NCBI GenBank assembly: GCA_963626545.1
Contig: CAVFYJ010000002.1
Location: 18,263 to 82,262 of the forward strand
Length of the DNA stretch: 64,000 nt
Direction of reading: 5' to 3'
DNA from: Acetatifactor sp.
GTDB lineage: Bacteria; Bacillota; Clostridia; Lachnospirales; Lachnospiraceae
Made by a program: the position numbers and the translations under genes. This document shows, one piece after another, positions 10,028 through 18,318 of this stretch. Each line of letters opens with the position of its first letter. Position 1 is the stretch's first letter. The notes below the pieces were generated by a model. The model was not told where the DNA came from. It saw only the letters and a list, made by a program, of their open reading frames with translations, and did no database searches.

Positions 10028-11176
10028 ATGAAAAAACGAATGCAGATATCACTGATTATTACAGAATCGTGCCCATTAGCATGTAGTTATTGCTATGAAA
10101 TACATAAGGCAAACCAAAAAATGACATTTGAGAAAGCAAAGGAACACATTGACAGAGAATTTGCTGAATTGGATGAAGATGCAGAAATAAATATAGAATT
10201 TTTTGGTGGAGAGCCATTTTTAAATTTTGAATTGATAGAACAAGTGGTAGATTATGTTGAAGAGCAGTATCCGAAACGTATGGTTACATATAATACCACA
10301 ACAAGTGGTGTAATTCTTACAGATCATATTAAGAAATGGTTGTCAGATCATAGAAGACATTTCTATGCAGCATTGTCACTTGATGGTGTTAAGGAAGCAC
10401 ATGATAAGAATCGTGTATTTGCAAGAAACAAAAAGGGCACATTCGATAGCATTGATCAAGAGTTCTTTTTGGAAATGTATCATCCGTTGCCGGTGAAGGC
10501 AACGATTGCACCAAACTGTTTGGAACAAATGGCGGAGAGTGTCATTTATTTGCTAGAAAAAGGATTTCAGGTTGATGCAACTCTGGCAATGGGGGATATT
10601 GATTGGTCGGATTCAAAAAATGTTGATGTTCTTATTAGAGAATTGGATAAACTCATAAAATATTATGGTGAGCATCCAGAAACAGAAGTAATAAGAATGC
10701 TTAATATACCGTTTGAGGCATTATTATTGGAAAAAAAGGAAAATGCAAGGTATTGTGGAGCAGGCCTTAGAATTCATTGCTACACAGGAACAGATGATTA
10801 TTGGACACCTTGTCAAGGATTTTCGAAAATAACGGTAGGACAAGACGTCTCTTTACAATATGCAGGAGAAACTTTTGAGAACTATATTGAACCGGAGTCA
10901 GTATGTAAAAGGTGTCCTTTGAATAATGTCTGTTCAAGATGCTGGGGAACAAATTTGGCAGCGACTGGTTCCATTCATAAACCAGATCCTTGGCTGTGTG
11001 TGATTAATCGTATTATGCTTCAGGCTGGAAGTAAAATTCGTTACGATAAAATAATGAAAAAGCCAAAGGAGGAGTGGGGAGAAGCAGAATATCAGATTTT
11101 AAAATGTATATCAATTATTATGGATGTAGCAGAAAATTCAGATATTGAGTATCTGTCAGATTCGATTGGCAAATAG
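10028..11176 (+). CDS. Radical SAM/SPASM-domain enzyme, probable peptide maturase
   Basis: CPLACSYC (CxxxCxxC), FFGGEPF, SLDG; C-terminal Cys cluster CGAG...PC...CKRC...CSRC...C. Confidence 0.9.
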   Translation: MKKRMQISLIITESCPLACSYCYEIHKANQKMTFEKAKEHIDREFAELDEDAEINIEFFGGEPFLNFELIEQVVDYVEEQYPKRMVTYNTTTSGVILTDHIKKWLSDHRRHFYAALSLDGVKEAHDKNRVFARNKKGTFDSIDQEFFLEMYHPLPVKATIAPNCLEQMAESVIYLLEKGFQVDATLAMGDIDWSDSKNVDVLIRELDKLIKYYGEHPETEVIRMLNIPFEALLLEKKENARYCGAGLRIHCYTGTDDYWTPCQGFSKITVGQDVSLQYAGETFENYIEPESVCKRCPLNNVCSRCWGTNLAATGSIHKPDPWLCVINRIMLQAGSKIRYDKIMKKPKEEWGEAEYQILKCISIIMDVAENSDIEYLSDSIGK

Positions 11177-11263
11177 TGTTAATTGGTTTTACAAATAAAG
11201 AATTTAAATGTTTTCGCAAAATGTTTCATTTTGCAGTGAGTGATTTTTTAGGAGGAAAGAAAA

Positions 11264-11419
11264 ATGTATGATTTTATAAAAAAATTACAGAGTCAAACTT
11301 ACTCGTCCAAAGAAGCTGCTAATAATCAGATAACAAGAGAAAAAACAAATGGAGCAGGAAAGAAGGCAAGCAATAGTGATCAAAAGATTAGGACTCGTGA
11401 CAACGGTCGTTGTCGATAG
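11264..11419 (+). CDS. Unannotated 51-aa protein (MYDFIKKLQSQTYSSKEAANNQITREKTNGAGKKASNSDQKIRTRDNGRCR), paralog of 15692..15952
   Basis: AGGAGG RBS; stop overlaps RBS of next gene; clear similarity to the 86-aa ORF. Confidence 0.75.
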   Translation: MYDFIKKLQSQTYSSKEAANNQITREKTNGAGKKASNSDQKIRTRDNGRCR

Positions 11420-11428
11420 GAGTGCATT

Positions 11429-12742
11429 ATGCCGATCAACAGAAGAGTAATAGAGGGAAGCAGTGTTTCGCAAAATCCACTGCCTCCTCAAAATTCAAAT
11501 CCGAAGGTGACACTTCAAGGGGAATTTCGAAAGCAAAGAGGAAAATTCTCACTTGATGAAAATATATTAAGTAAGCATACCTTGTTTGTGGGTGGTACTG
11601 GATGTGGAAAAACAACATTATTTTATCATTTTGTAAAGCAATTGCGACAGACGTTGACAAATGATGATGTAATGGTCATTTTTGATAGTAAGGGGGATTT
11701 TCATTCAAAGTTTTTCAGGCAGGGAGACTTTATAATAGGAAATTCTTCTCAATATCAAAAAGAGTCACAGCGCTGGAATATATTCAAGGAGATATTGGCA
11801 GATGGATGGAATGAGAGTGTATATGGATTAAATATTCAGGAAATATGTCGTTCACTTTTTGAAGAAAAAGTAAAACAGAATTCCTCAAATGCATTTTTTC
11901 CCAATGCGGCGAGAGATCTGCTATCATCAATTATAGAGTGTCTCATTCGGGCTGGGGCACGAGATCGCGATACTAGACAAGCTATGTTTTTTAATGATGA
12001 ACTGAGAAAATTACTAGATGGATGTGACATCGATGAGATTTTGGATATCTTAAAGGATTACCCAGACATGAGAGGTGTTATGTCATATATCCAAGATCAA
12101 GGCAGTCAGGCAATGGGTGTTTTAGCGGAGATGTTTTCGGTTGTCAGAGATTTATTTATTGGTATTTTTTCGGACAAAGGATATTTCTCTATGAGGCAAT
12201 TTGTTCGAAATAAAGGTGGAAAGGTATTGTTTATCGAATATGATTTGTCGATTGGTTCTGTATTGACACCAATTTATCGGTTGCTATTTGATCTAGCTCT
12301 CAAAGAAGCATTAGGAAGAAGTTCGGCTCAAAAAGGAAATGTGTATTTGATTTGTGATGAATTTAAATTAATTCCGCATTTACAGCACATAGAGGATGGT
12401 GTCAATTTTGGACGAAGTCTTGGGGTGAAGATCTTTGCAGGACTACAGAGTATTGAGCAGCTTTATGAAATTTACGGAGAAAGTCGTGGAAAAAACATTG
12501 CGGCTGGTTTTTCCTCAATCTTTGCATTTAAAGCAAATGATGTTACAACGAGACGGTATCTTTCAGACTTGTATGGAAGCAATTACACGATCGAACAGTT
12601 TATGATGAATAACCGTTACGAGGAGGAAAAAAGAATTGGTCGAGTGATTGAAGACTGGGATATGTCAAGATTACAGGTTGGTGAAGCGATAGTTTGTCTG
12701 CCATTTACAGAACCCTTTCAATTCAGATTTGATCCATACTAA
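11429..12742 (+). CDS. TrwB/TraD (type IV coupling protein)-like P-loop ATPase, soluble
   Basis: Walker A GGTGCGKT, VIFDSKGDF, Walker B LICDEF, GRSLG, LQSIEQL..IYG motifs; no N-terminal TM. Confidence 0.85.
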   Translation: MPINRRVIEGSSVSQNPLPPQNSNPKVTLQGEFRKQRGKFSLDENILSKHTLFVGGTGCGKTTLFYHFVKQLRQTLTNDDVMVIFDSKGDFHSKFFRQGDFIIGNSSQYQKESQRWNIFKEILADGWNESVYGLNIQEICRSLFEEKVKQNSSNAFFPNAARDLLSSIIECLIRAGARDRDTRQAMFFNDELRKLLDGCDIDEILDILKDYPDMRGVMSYIQDQGSQAMGVLAEMFSVVRDLFIGIFSDKGYFSMRQFVRNKGGKVLFIEYDLSIGSVLTPIYRLLFDLALKEALGRSSAQKGNVYLICDEFKLIPHLQHIEDGVNFGRSLGVKIFAGLQSIEQLYEIYGESRGKNIAAGFSSIFAFKANDVTTRRYLSDLYGSNYTIEQFMMNNRYEEEKRIGRVIEDWDMSRLQVGEAIVCLPFTEPFQFRFDPY

Positions 12743-12764
12743 GCACAAAAGAAGGGAGGATATT

Positions 12765-13754
12765 ATGTGCGAGGAATTTTATCGGACACACTTGCCCAAA
12801 ATACAACAGCACCTATATAAAGTAATATACCATGAGCTACTGCGATGTAATAAACAAATTTCTGTTTGTGGTTCATTGGAGACTATAAAAAGTATTTATG
12901 AGGCTGTGTTAGATGATCATCCGGAATTATTCTTCGTGGATACATCAAGAGTCACATTTTCTTATGGAACATATTTCTGTATAATCACCGTTAGATATGT
13001 GTATTCAAAAGAACAAATACAGAAAATAAATACAGTAATACAGCAAGGGATTGACGGTGTTGCACAAAAGGCATGTAGGGAAAATAGCACAGCTGTAATG
13101 GTTATAAAATATATTCATGATTATATAATCAGAACGGTGCGTTATGATATGGAATCGTTTGAACGAGGAGTAACACAGATTGAAAACCAAAATATTGTTG
13201 GTGTATTTTTAAATCATAAGGCAGTATGTGAAGGTATTGCAAAAAGTGTACAGCTTCTCTTAAACAGGTGTGGGATTTTGTGCAGCCTTGTAAAGGGAAA
13301 GTTAGTGACAACTTTGAGAAAATCTGATCACGCATGGAACATCGTGAACATAGACGGAAAATGGTATCATTTGGATGTTACGTTGGATATCGGAATGTCA
13401 CAACAAAATCCATTGTATATTGGATATGATTATTTCAATCTAGATGATAAAACGATAAAAAGGGATCACGATGAGTATCAGCTTCCGGTAAAATGTGAAG
13501 GTTATCAGTATAATTATTTTCATATAGCCAAAGCAGCGATTGACGACATCATGTATCTGGAACGCTATTTGGGCGTAGGAATAGATCGAAAGTATAAACG
13601 CCTGTACTTTCAAGTTCAGTCGGATGGAATACGAGAAGAAATAGTAGAACAGATGATTCAAAAGAAATTATCCAACACGACGGCATATGGCAGTGTGCGT
13701 TGGACAATTCGAAAGAATGAATATCAAAAGATTTATGAAATTCGATTGGAGTGA
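12765..13754 (+). CDS. Transglutaminase-like cysteine protease/transferase (start ATG 12765)
   Basis: AVCEGIAK, HAWNIV, HLDVT catalytic Cys-His-Asp triad; GGGAGG RBS. Confidence 0.85.
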   Translation: MCEEFYRTHLPKIQQHLYKVIYHELLRCNKQISVCGSLETIKSIYEAVLDDHPELFFVDTSRVTFSYGTYFCIITVRYVYSKEQIQKINTVIQQGIDGVAQKACRENSTAVMVIKYIHDYIIRTVRYDMESFERGVTQIENQNIVGVFLNHKAVCEGIAKSVQLLLNRCGILCSLVKGKLVTTLRKSDHAWNIVNIDGKWYHLDVTLDIGMSQQNPLYIGYDYFNLDDKTIKRDHDEYQLPVKCEGYQYNYFHIAKAAIDDIMYLERYLGVGIDRKYKRLYFQVQSDGIREEIVEQMIQKKLSNTTAYGSVRWTIRKNEYQKIYEIRLE

Positions 13755-13758
13755 TTGT

Positions 13759-14166
13759 ATGAATGAGCATTGGGGAGAAAAGTGGAAACTGGAACGTTAT
13801 CTGCAGACAATTCGGTTGGATTATGATGAGGATATCTGGGAAGAAATTCGACAATATTGTTGGAAGCTTTTTTCAAAAAAGTCGGTTACTCAGGAGGAGT
13901 TGCATTTACTAGTAAGTTTGCTTAGTAGAAAATCGAAAAGAAAAATGGTGGCAGAACCAACCGAATGGGAAGATCAGATTTTAGATAATCAAGATAATAC
14001 TGTTCAGAAAGATTGTTGGAAGTACGAGGAAGAAGATACCATGATTCGAAAAATAATGTTGGGCAGAGTTCAGTTTGAACTTTATCTTCTATTTGAAGGC
14101 TTTTTGCCGGAGAGAGAATGTAATGTTCGAAAAAATAAAAAAGAACGCTCATGGAGCCGAATATAA
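13759..14166 (+). CDS. Hypothetical protein (start ATG 13759)
   Basis: GGAGTGA RBS; tightly packed in operon. Confidence 0.6.
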   Translation: MNEHWGEKWKLERYLQTIRLDYDEDIWEEIRQYCWKLFSKKSVTQEELHLLVSLLSRKSKRKMVAEPTEWEDQILDNQDNTVQKDCWKYEEEDTMIRKIMLGRVQFELYLLFEGFLPERECNVRKNKKERSWSRI

Positions 14167-14187
14167 ACGTATAGAGGAGGGATTGAT

Positions 14188-15522
14188 ATGCTTCGATTAA
14201 TTTTTATGTTGATTGTTCAACTGTTGAATCTATTTTTTGCGTTGCTGCGGGGAATATGGAACGGGACATGTGGACTGATTAATCTTTTGACTGGAAATAC
14301 GGTAGAGGGAAGAAATCAAAGAAGAAAAGGAATTAAAGAATATCAACCTTCTGAAATTGGTGGTTTCTTTCAGGAAAATGATGATTTGGATAATATGATT
14401 ATTTCAGGTGGAACAAAAGAAAAGCGAGTAGAAGCAATGGAAGCATATATTAATTTGAGCTGCTATTGTGATAGTGCAGTATTGATTCTCCACGCAAATG
14501 ATTATGAACTGGAAAAGACAATTGAGCAAAAATACGGAGGCACAGGACGGCTTGTTATCATCAATGGAAAAAATCCATGTTTTGACCCATTTTATGGATT
14601 GAGTTCGAAAGAGATTGGCCAGTTGATAAAAGAGTCAGCTGATAAGGATGATGACATGAGGGCAAATGTATTAACATATTTGGATGGTTTGACTGAGTAT
14701 CTTTATGCAAAGAAAGTAAAGCCAAGTTATGAACTGTTTCAGACATGTCCATACATGGCACTATATCAGAAAACAGATGATTTAGTTGCAAGACAAGTGA
14801 TTACATTAGATCAGGGAGATCGCATTAAATCAAAGCTTATGGCAGGACAGTCGGAATATTATAAGCTGGAATCTTATTTTTCAACGTTAGACAGTCAGAT
14901 GGGAGATATTGCTTACAGAAGAGGCTATGGAAACTCTCCTATTAATCTAAGTGATGAGATGAAGAATAAAAAGATTGTATTGATTAATGTGGGAATGGAT
15001 AGTAATCGTCTGCTGCTTGATCTGATTCTTGCTAGAATGAAACAATTAAATGGACAGCGAATTGCATTTGCTTGTATTATAGATGAGCTTTCTGTTTCTG
15101 ATAATCCGAAACTAGAGAATTGGTTAAAAGGTGCTTCTGATACTTGCAAGCGAGTGATAAGTGCAACCGATGTATATGCAATGTGTAGTGCAGATGAAAG
15201 GCTATTTAATGCATTACTGGGAAATAGCAGAAATAATGTAATATTTAAACATACATCTGCATCAAGTGCAAAAAAATGGTCAGAAGCGATCGGATATTAT
15301 GAAAAAGAAGAAGTGTCAACAAATGTAAGTCATGGAAAGAATTATTCACCATATTCACTCTTCCCAGGTAGCAGTACAAGCAGCGGAAGCAGTATTTCGA
15401 TGAAGCAGGAGTATATTGTAAAACCGGAAGAGATCCTTAGAATGGACAACAATGAAGTTTATATCTATAAAGGTGCTACAAGTGAGCTGATACATACAAG
15501 GCTGGTAAAGCGTATTAATTAG
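14188..15522 (+). CDS. Degenerate TraD/TraG-like ATPase with N-terminal membrane anchor
   Basis: Hydrophobic N-terminus; degenerate P-loop IISGGTKEKR; CIIDEL; TraG-D_C-like SAKKWSEAIG...VKPEEILRM. Confidence 0.65.
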   Translation: MLRLIFMLIVQLLNLFFALLRGIWNGTCGLINLLTGNTVEGRNQRRKGIKEYQPSEIGGFFQENDDLDNMIISGGTKEKRVEAMEAYINLSCYCDSAVLILHANDYELEKTIEQKYGGTGRLVIINGKNPCFDPFYGLSSKEIGQLIKESADKDDDMRANVLTYLDGLTEYLYAKKVKPSYELFQTCPYMALYQKTDDLVARQVITLDQGDRIKSKLMAGQSEYYKLESYFSTLDSQMGDIAYRRGYGNSPINLSDEMKNKKIVLINVGMDSNRLLLDLILARMKQLNGQRIAFACIIDELSVSDNPKLENWLKGASDTCKRVISATDVYAMCSADERLFNALLGNSRNNVIFKHTSASSAKKWSEAIGYYEKEEVSTNVSHGKNYSPYSLFPGSSTSSGSSISMKQEYIVKPEEILRMDNNEVYIYKGATSELIHTRLVKRIN

Positions 15523-15530
15523 TTTATTTT

Positions 15531-15568
15531 AAAGAGTTCAATCATTTTATTATGAGAGAACTCTTTTT
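15531..15568 (+). terminator. Intrinsic terminator
   Basis: aaagagttc...gaactcttttt. Confidence 0.7.
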
Positions 15569-15602
15569 GTTTGCAGTTTTATAGAAAACAGCAAAATCGG
15601 AA

Positions 15603-15653
15603 TTATCCAAAAAGATAAAATAAATTGACATGGTTTGCAAATATAGTTATACT
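15603..15653 (+). promoter_or_regulatory. Island promoter P3 with upstream operator
   Basis: TTATC-N6-GATAA, 6 nt, TTGACA (15625)-17-TATACT. Confidence 0.8.
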
Positions 15654-15691
15654 ATAGTCAAGTAGAAATTATTCTTTAAAGGAGGAAAAGT

Positions 15692-15952
15692 ATGTTTGAC
15701 TTTAAAAAAAAAAGAGAAGAATTAAGCCAGAAGGCTACACAGAAAAATACACAAACAAAAAGTAATAGTGTTCAAAATGAAAATAGTCAAGGAGGATCTA
15801 TAGGAAATAGTTTAAAGAAATGGGTCAACTCGTCAGAAGAGATTGCTGATAATGACATAAAAGACAAAACTGAAGCGCAAAAAACAAGCGGTGCCAGTAA
15901 CAGTGATCCAAAGATTAGAGAGCACAAGCATAGCCATGGGCATGGTTTATAG
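15692..15952 (+). CDS. Small hydrophilic protein with basic/His-rich tail
   Basis: AAAGGAGG RBS, own promoter; paralog of 11264..11419. Confidence 0.8.
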   Translation: MFDFKKKREELSQKATQKNTQTKSNSVQNENSQGGSIGNSLKKWVNSSEEIADNDIKDKTEAQKTSGASNSDPKIREHKHSHGHGL

Positions 15953-16099
15953 AAGCTTGTTATGGAAGCAAATAGAAGCGTAAGAAAGAGTCAGCTTTTT
16001 TGTGTAGCAATAATATTGGATAAGATTTGGCTACAGGGATTATAAGCAGTTTATGCTTTATAATAAATATTACTTTTGAGTAGAAAGGAATGAGGAGAT

Positions 16100-17386
16100 A
16101 TGGCTGAAACAAAGCAAGATCAATTAGCGCCAGGGACTCAGATCGCAACGAAATCAGGAACGATGGTTACGATCATAAAGTTTCTGGGTGAAGGTGGTCA
16201 GGGAGCTGTATATGAAGTTGATTACGGTGGAGTGAAAAAGGCACTAAAATGGTATAAGGAGTTAGGAAAGGATCCGGAAGCTTTCCGTAAAAACCTGGAA
16301 GAAAACATTGCGCAGGGACCGCCTACGCCGGCCTTTTTATGGCCGGAAGATATTACTGTATGGAAGAATGGAACTTATGGGTATGTGATGGAACTTAAGC
16401 CAGAAGGTTATTATGAGATAGCAGAGTTTTTAATCGCGAAAGTAAAAGCGGATTGGAAGCGGCTCGTTGATGCAAGTATGAATATTGTCACTGCCTTTCG
16501 TATTTTGCATAACCGAGGATACAGTTATCAGGATTTAAATGATAAAAACTTTTTCATTAATCCACAGACCGGAGATGTAAAGATTGCAGATAATGATAAT
16601 GTTGCACCGTTCGGCAAAAATATGGGGATTATGGGAAAACCACGTTATATAGCACCAGAAGTTGTGGTGGGCGAGAATTTACCGAATACAGCTAGTGACC
16701 GATATTCACTTGCATTAGTGTTGTTTTTACTGTTATTAAGAGGTCATCCATTGGATGGAAAAATACCGATAATGACGAATGATGCAGTGGCAAGAAAAAT
16801 TTATGGTGAGAACCCCGTATTTATTTTTGATCCAACAGATGATTCAAACCGCCCAAATGAAGAAGTACATAAGGGGGTAATTGAATTGTGGAAATGTCTT
16901 CCGCAGTATATGAAAGATTTATTTATCCGTGCGTTTAGTCAGGATTCGCTTAAGAAAAAGCACCGAGTAGTGGAATTAGAATGGCTTCGTGCATTGACAC
17001 GCTTTCGAAGTGATATTGTAAGATGCAGTTGTGGAAATGATGTATTCACTGAGAATGCCAGAGACATTTGTTGTGATAGCTGTGGAAAGAAATTGTCATT
17101 TAAAAATAAAATTCATCTTCCGGAATATTCAATTCCGGCAGTGCCGGATAGTCGAATTTATCGTGTACAGCTAGGAACGGTAAATCCTGAAGATGCATTG
17201 AAACCAGTAGGTATTATTATACGTTCAACGGATCCCAATGTTGTATTGCTTCGTAATTCAAGTGATAGTACATGGAATTGTATCACATCAAAGGGAACAA
17301 GTAGAATATTAAGAAAAACAGAAGCAGCACCTGTGAAAGCGGGAATTAAGATGAAAGTATATGGTGCGGATATCGAGCTAGAATAG
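16100..17386 (+). CDS. Ser/Thr protein kinase (TerY-P/YegI-like) with C-terminal zinc ribbon
   Basis: LGEGGQGAVY, ALKWY, YQDLNDKNF, DNDN, YIAPE; CSCG...CDSC. Confidence 0.9.
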   Translation: MAETKQDQLAPGTQIATKSGTMVTIIKFLGEGGQGAVYEVDYGGVKKALKWYKELGKDPEAFRKNLEENIAQGPPTPAFLWPEDITVWKNGTYGYVMELKPEGYYEIAEFLIAKVKADWKRLVDASMNIVTAFRILHNRGYSYQDLNDKNFFINPQTGDVKIADNDNVAPFGKNMGIMGKPRYIAPEVVVGENLPNTASDRYSLALVLFLLLLRGHPLDGKIPIMTNDAVARKIYGENPVFIFDPTDDSNRPNEEVHKGVIELWKCLPQYMKDLFIRAFSQDSLKKKHRVVELEWLRALTRFRSDIVRCSCGNDVFTENARDICCDSCGKKLSFKNKIHLPEYSIPAVPDSRIYRVQLGTVNPEDALKPVGIIIRSTDPNVVLLRNSSDSTWNCITSKGTSRILRKTEAAPVKAGIKMKVYGADIELE

Positions 17387-17397
17387 GAGAAAATGAT

Positions 17398-18195
17398 ATG
17401 CCAGGAAATGATATTGCAATAACAAGAAAGAAATTAGTAATATTTTATGTGTTAGATACATCTGGAAGTATGGTCGATGAGGGAAAAATCGGTGCATTAA
17501 ATGAGGCAATGCGAGAAACGGTAACTGTGCTTCAGGAAATTGCAAGCAAAAATGCAGATGCTGAAATGCAGATTGCTGTTATGGAGTTTAGCTCAGGAGC
17601 ACGATGGATAACAGATACACCTACTTTTTTAGAGGATTTTTACTGGGATGATTTAACAGCAGGTGGTTTAACCGATATTGGAGATGCATTACATGAATTA
17701 AGAACCAAAATGTCTAGAAGCGCTTTTTTACAAAGTGATACTGGATATATGGTTCCGATCATTATTTTTATGAGCGATGGCCTTCCAACGGATCCGGGTT
17801 CTTGGGAGAAAGAACTTCAAAAACTCACTGATGAAAAAACTGGAAATAAGTGGTTTAAGCGTAGTACAAAAATTGCATTTGCTCTTGGAAAAGTTGCAGA
17901 CGTAAATATGTTAAGTAAGATCGTAGGAAATAAAGAAGCAGTTATTCAAACAAATGATCTCGAAGATTTTAAGAAAATGATAAAAGTAGTATCAGCAACC
18001 TCTTCTCTTTTGAATAGTGTTTCTCAACCTACTGGAGGAGCGGGAACATCAGGAGTAGATATTGTAAAAAAAGCAACAGGTGAAGAGTCTGATCCGATTC
18101 CAGATCCGGATCCAGATCCAATTCCAGAGCCAGAAACGATACCAATAGTTTCAGGGTCAACTGAAGAGGTGGGAAAAATAGAGCCGGGTTGGTAA
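17398..18195 (+). CDS. TerY-like vWA domain protein
   Basis: MIDAS DTSGSM, GGLTD, IFMSDGLPTD; acidic DP-repeat tail ending in W. Confidence 0.88.
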   Translation: MPGNDIAITRKKLVIFYVLDTSGSMVDEGKIGALNEAMRETVTVLQEIASKNADAEMQIAVMEFSSGARWITDTPTFLEDFYWDDLTAGGLTDIGDALHELRTKMSRSAFLQSDTGYMVPIIIFMSDGLPTDPGSWEKELQKLTDEKTGNKWFKRSTKIAFALGKVADVNMLSKIVGNKEAVIQTNDLEDFKKMIKVVSATSSLLNSVSQPTGGAGTSGVDIVKKATGEESDPIPDPDPDPIPEPETIPIVSGSTEEVGKIEPGW

Positions 18196-18211
18196 AACTT
18201 AAAATAGCGGC

Positions 18212-18254
18212 GTCTATTGGGAGACGGTTTATCCATTTCCGTCTCCCAATAGAC
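18212..18254 (+). other. Intercistronic 16-bp perfect stem-loop without U-tract
   Basis: gtctattgggagacgg / ccgtctcccaatagac. Confidence 0.8.
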
Positions 18255-18318
18255 TCTAATATACATTTTGTAAAAATTAAGTTAGAAAAAAGAAAATTAA
18301 GAGAGGAGGAAGCTAATT

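Noticed and set aside
15962..16045. 27-aa ORF between the small protein and kinase1
   Set aside because: No RBS and no notable features
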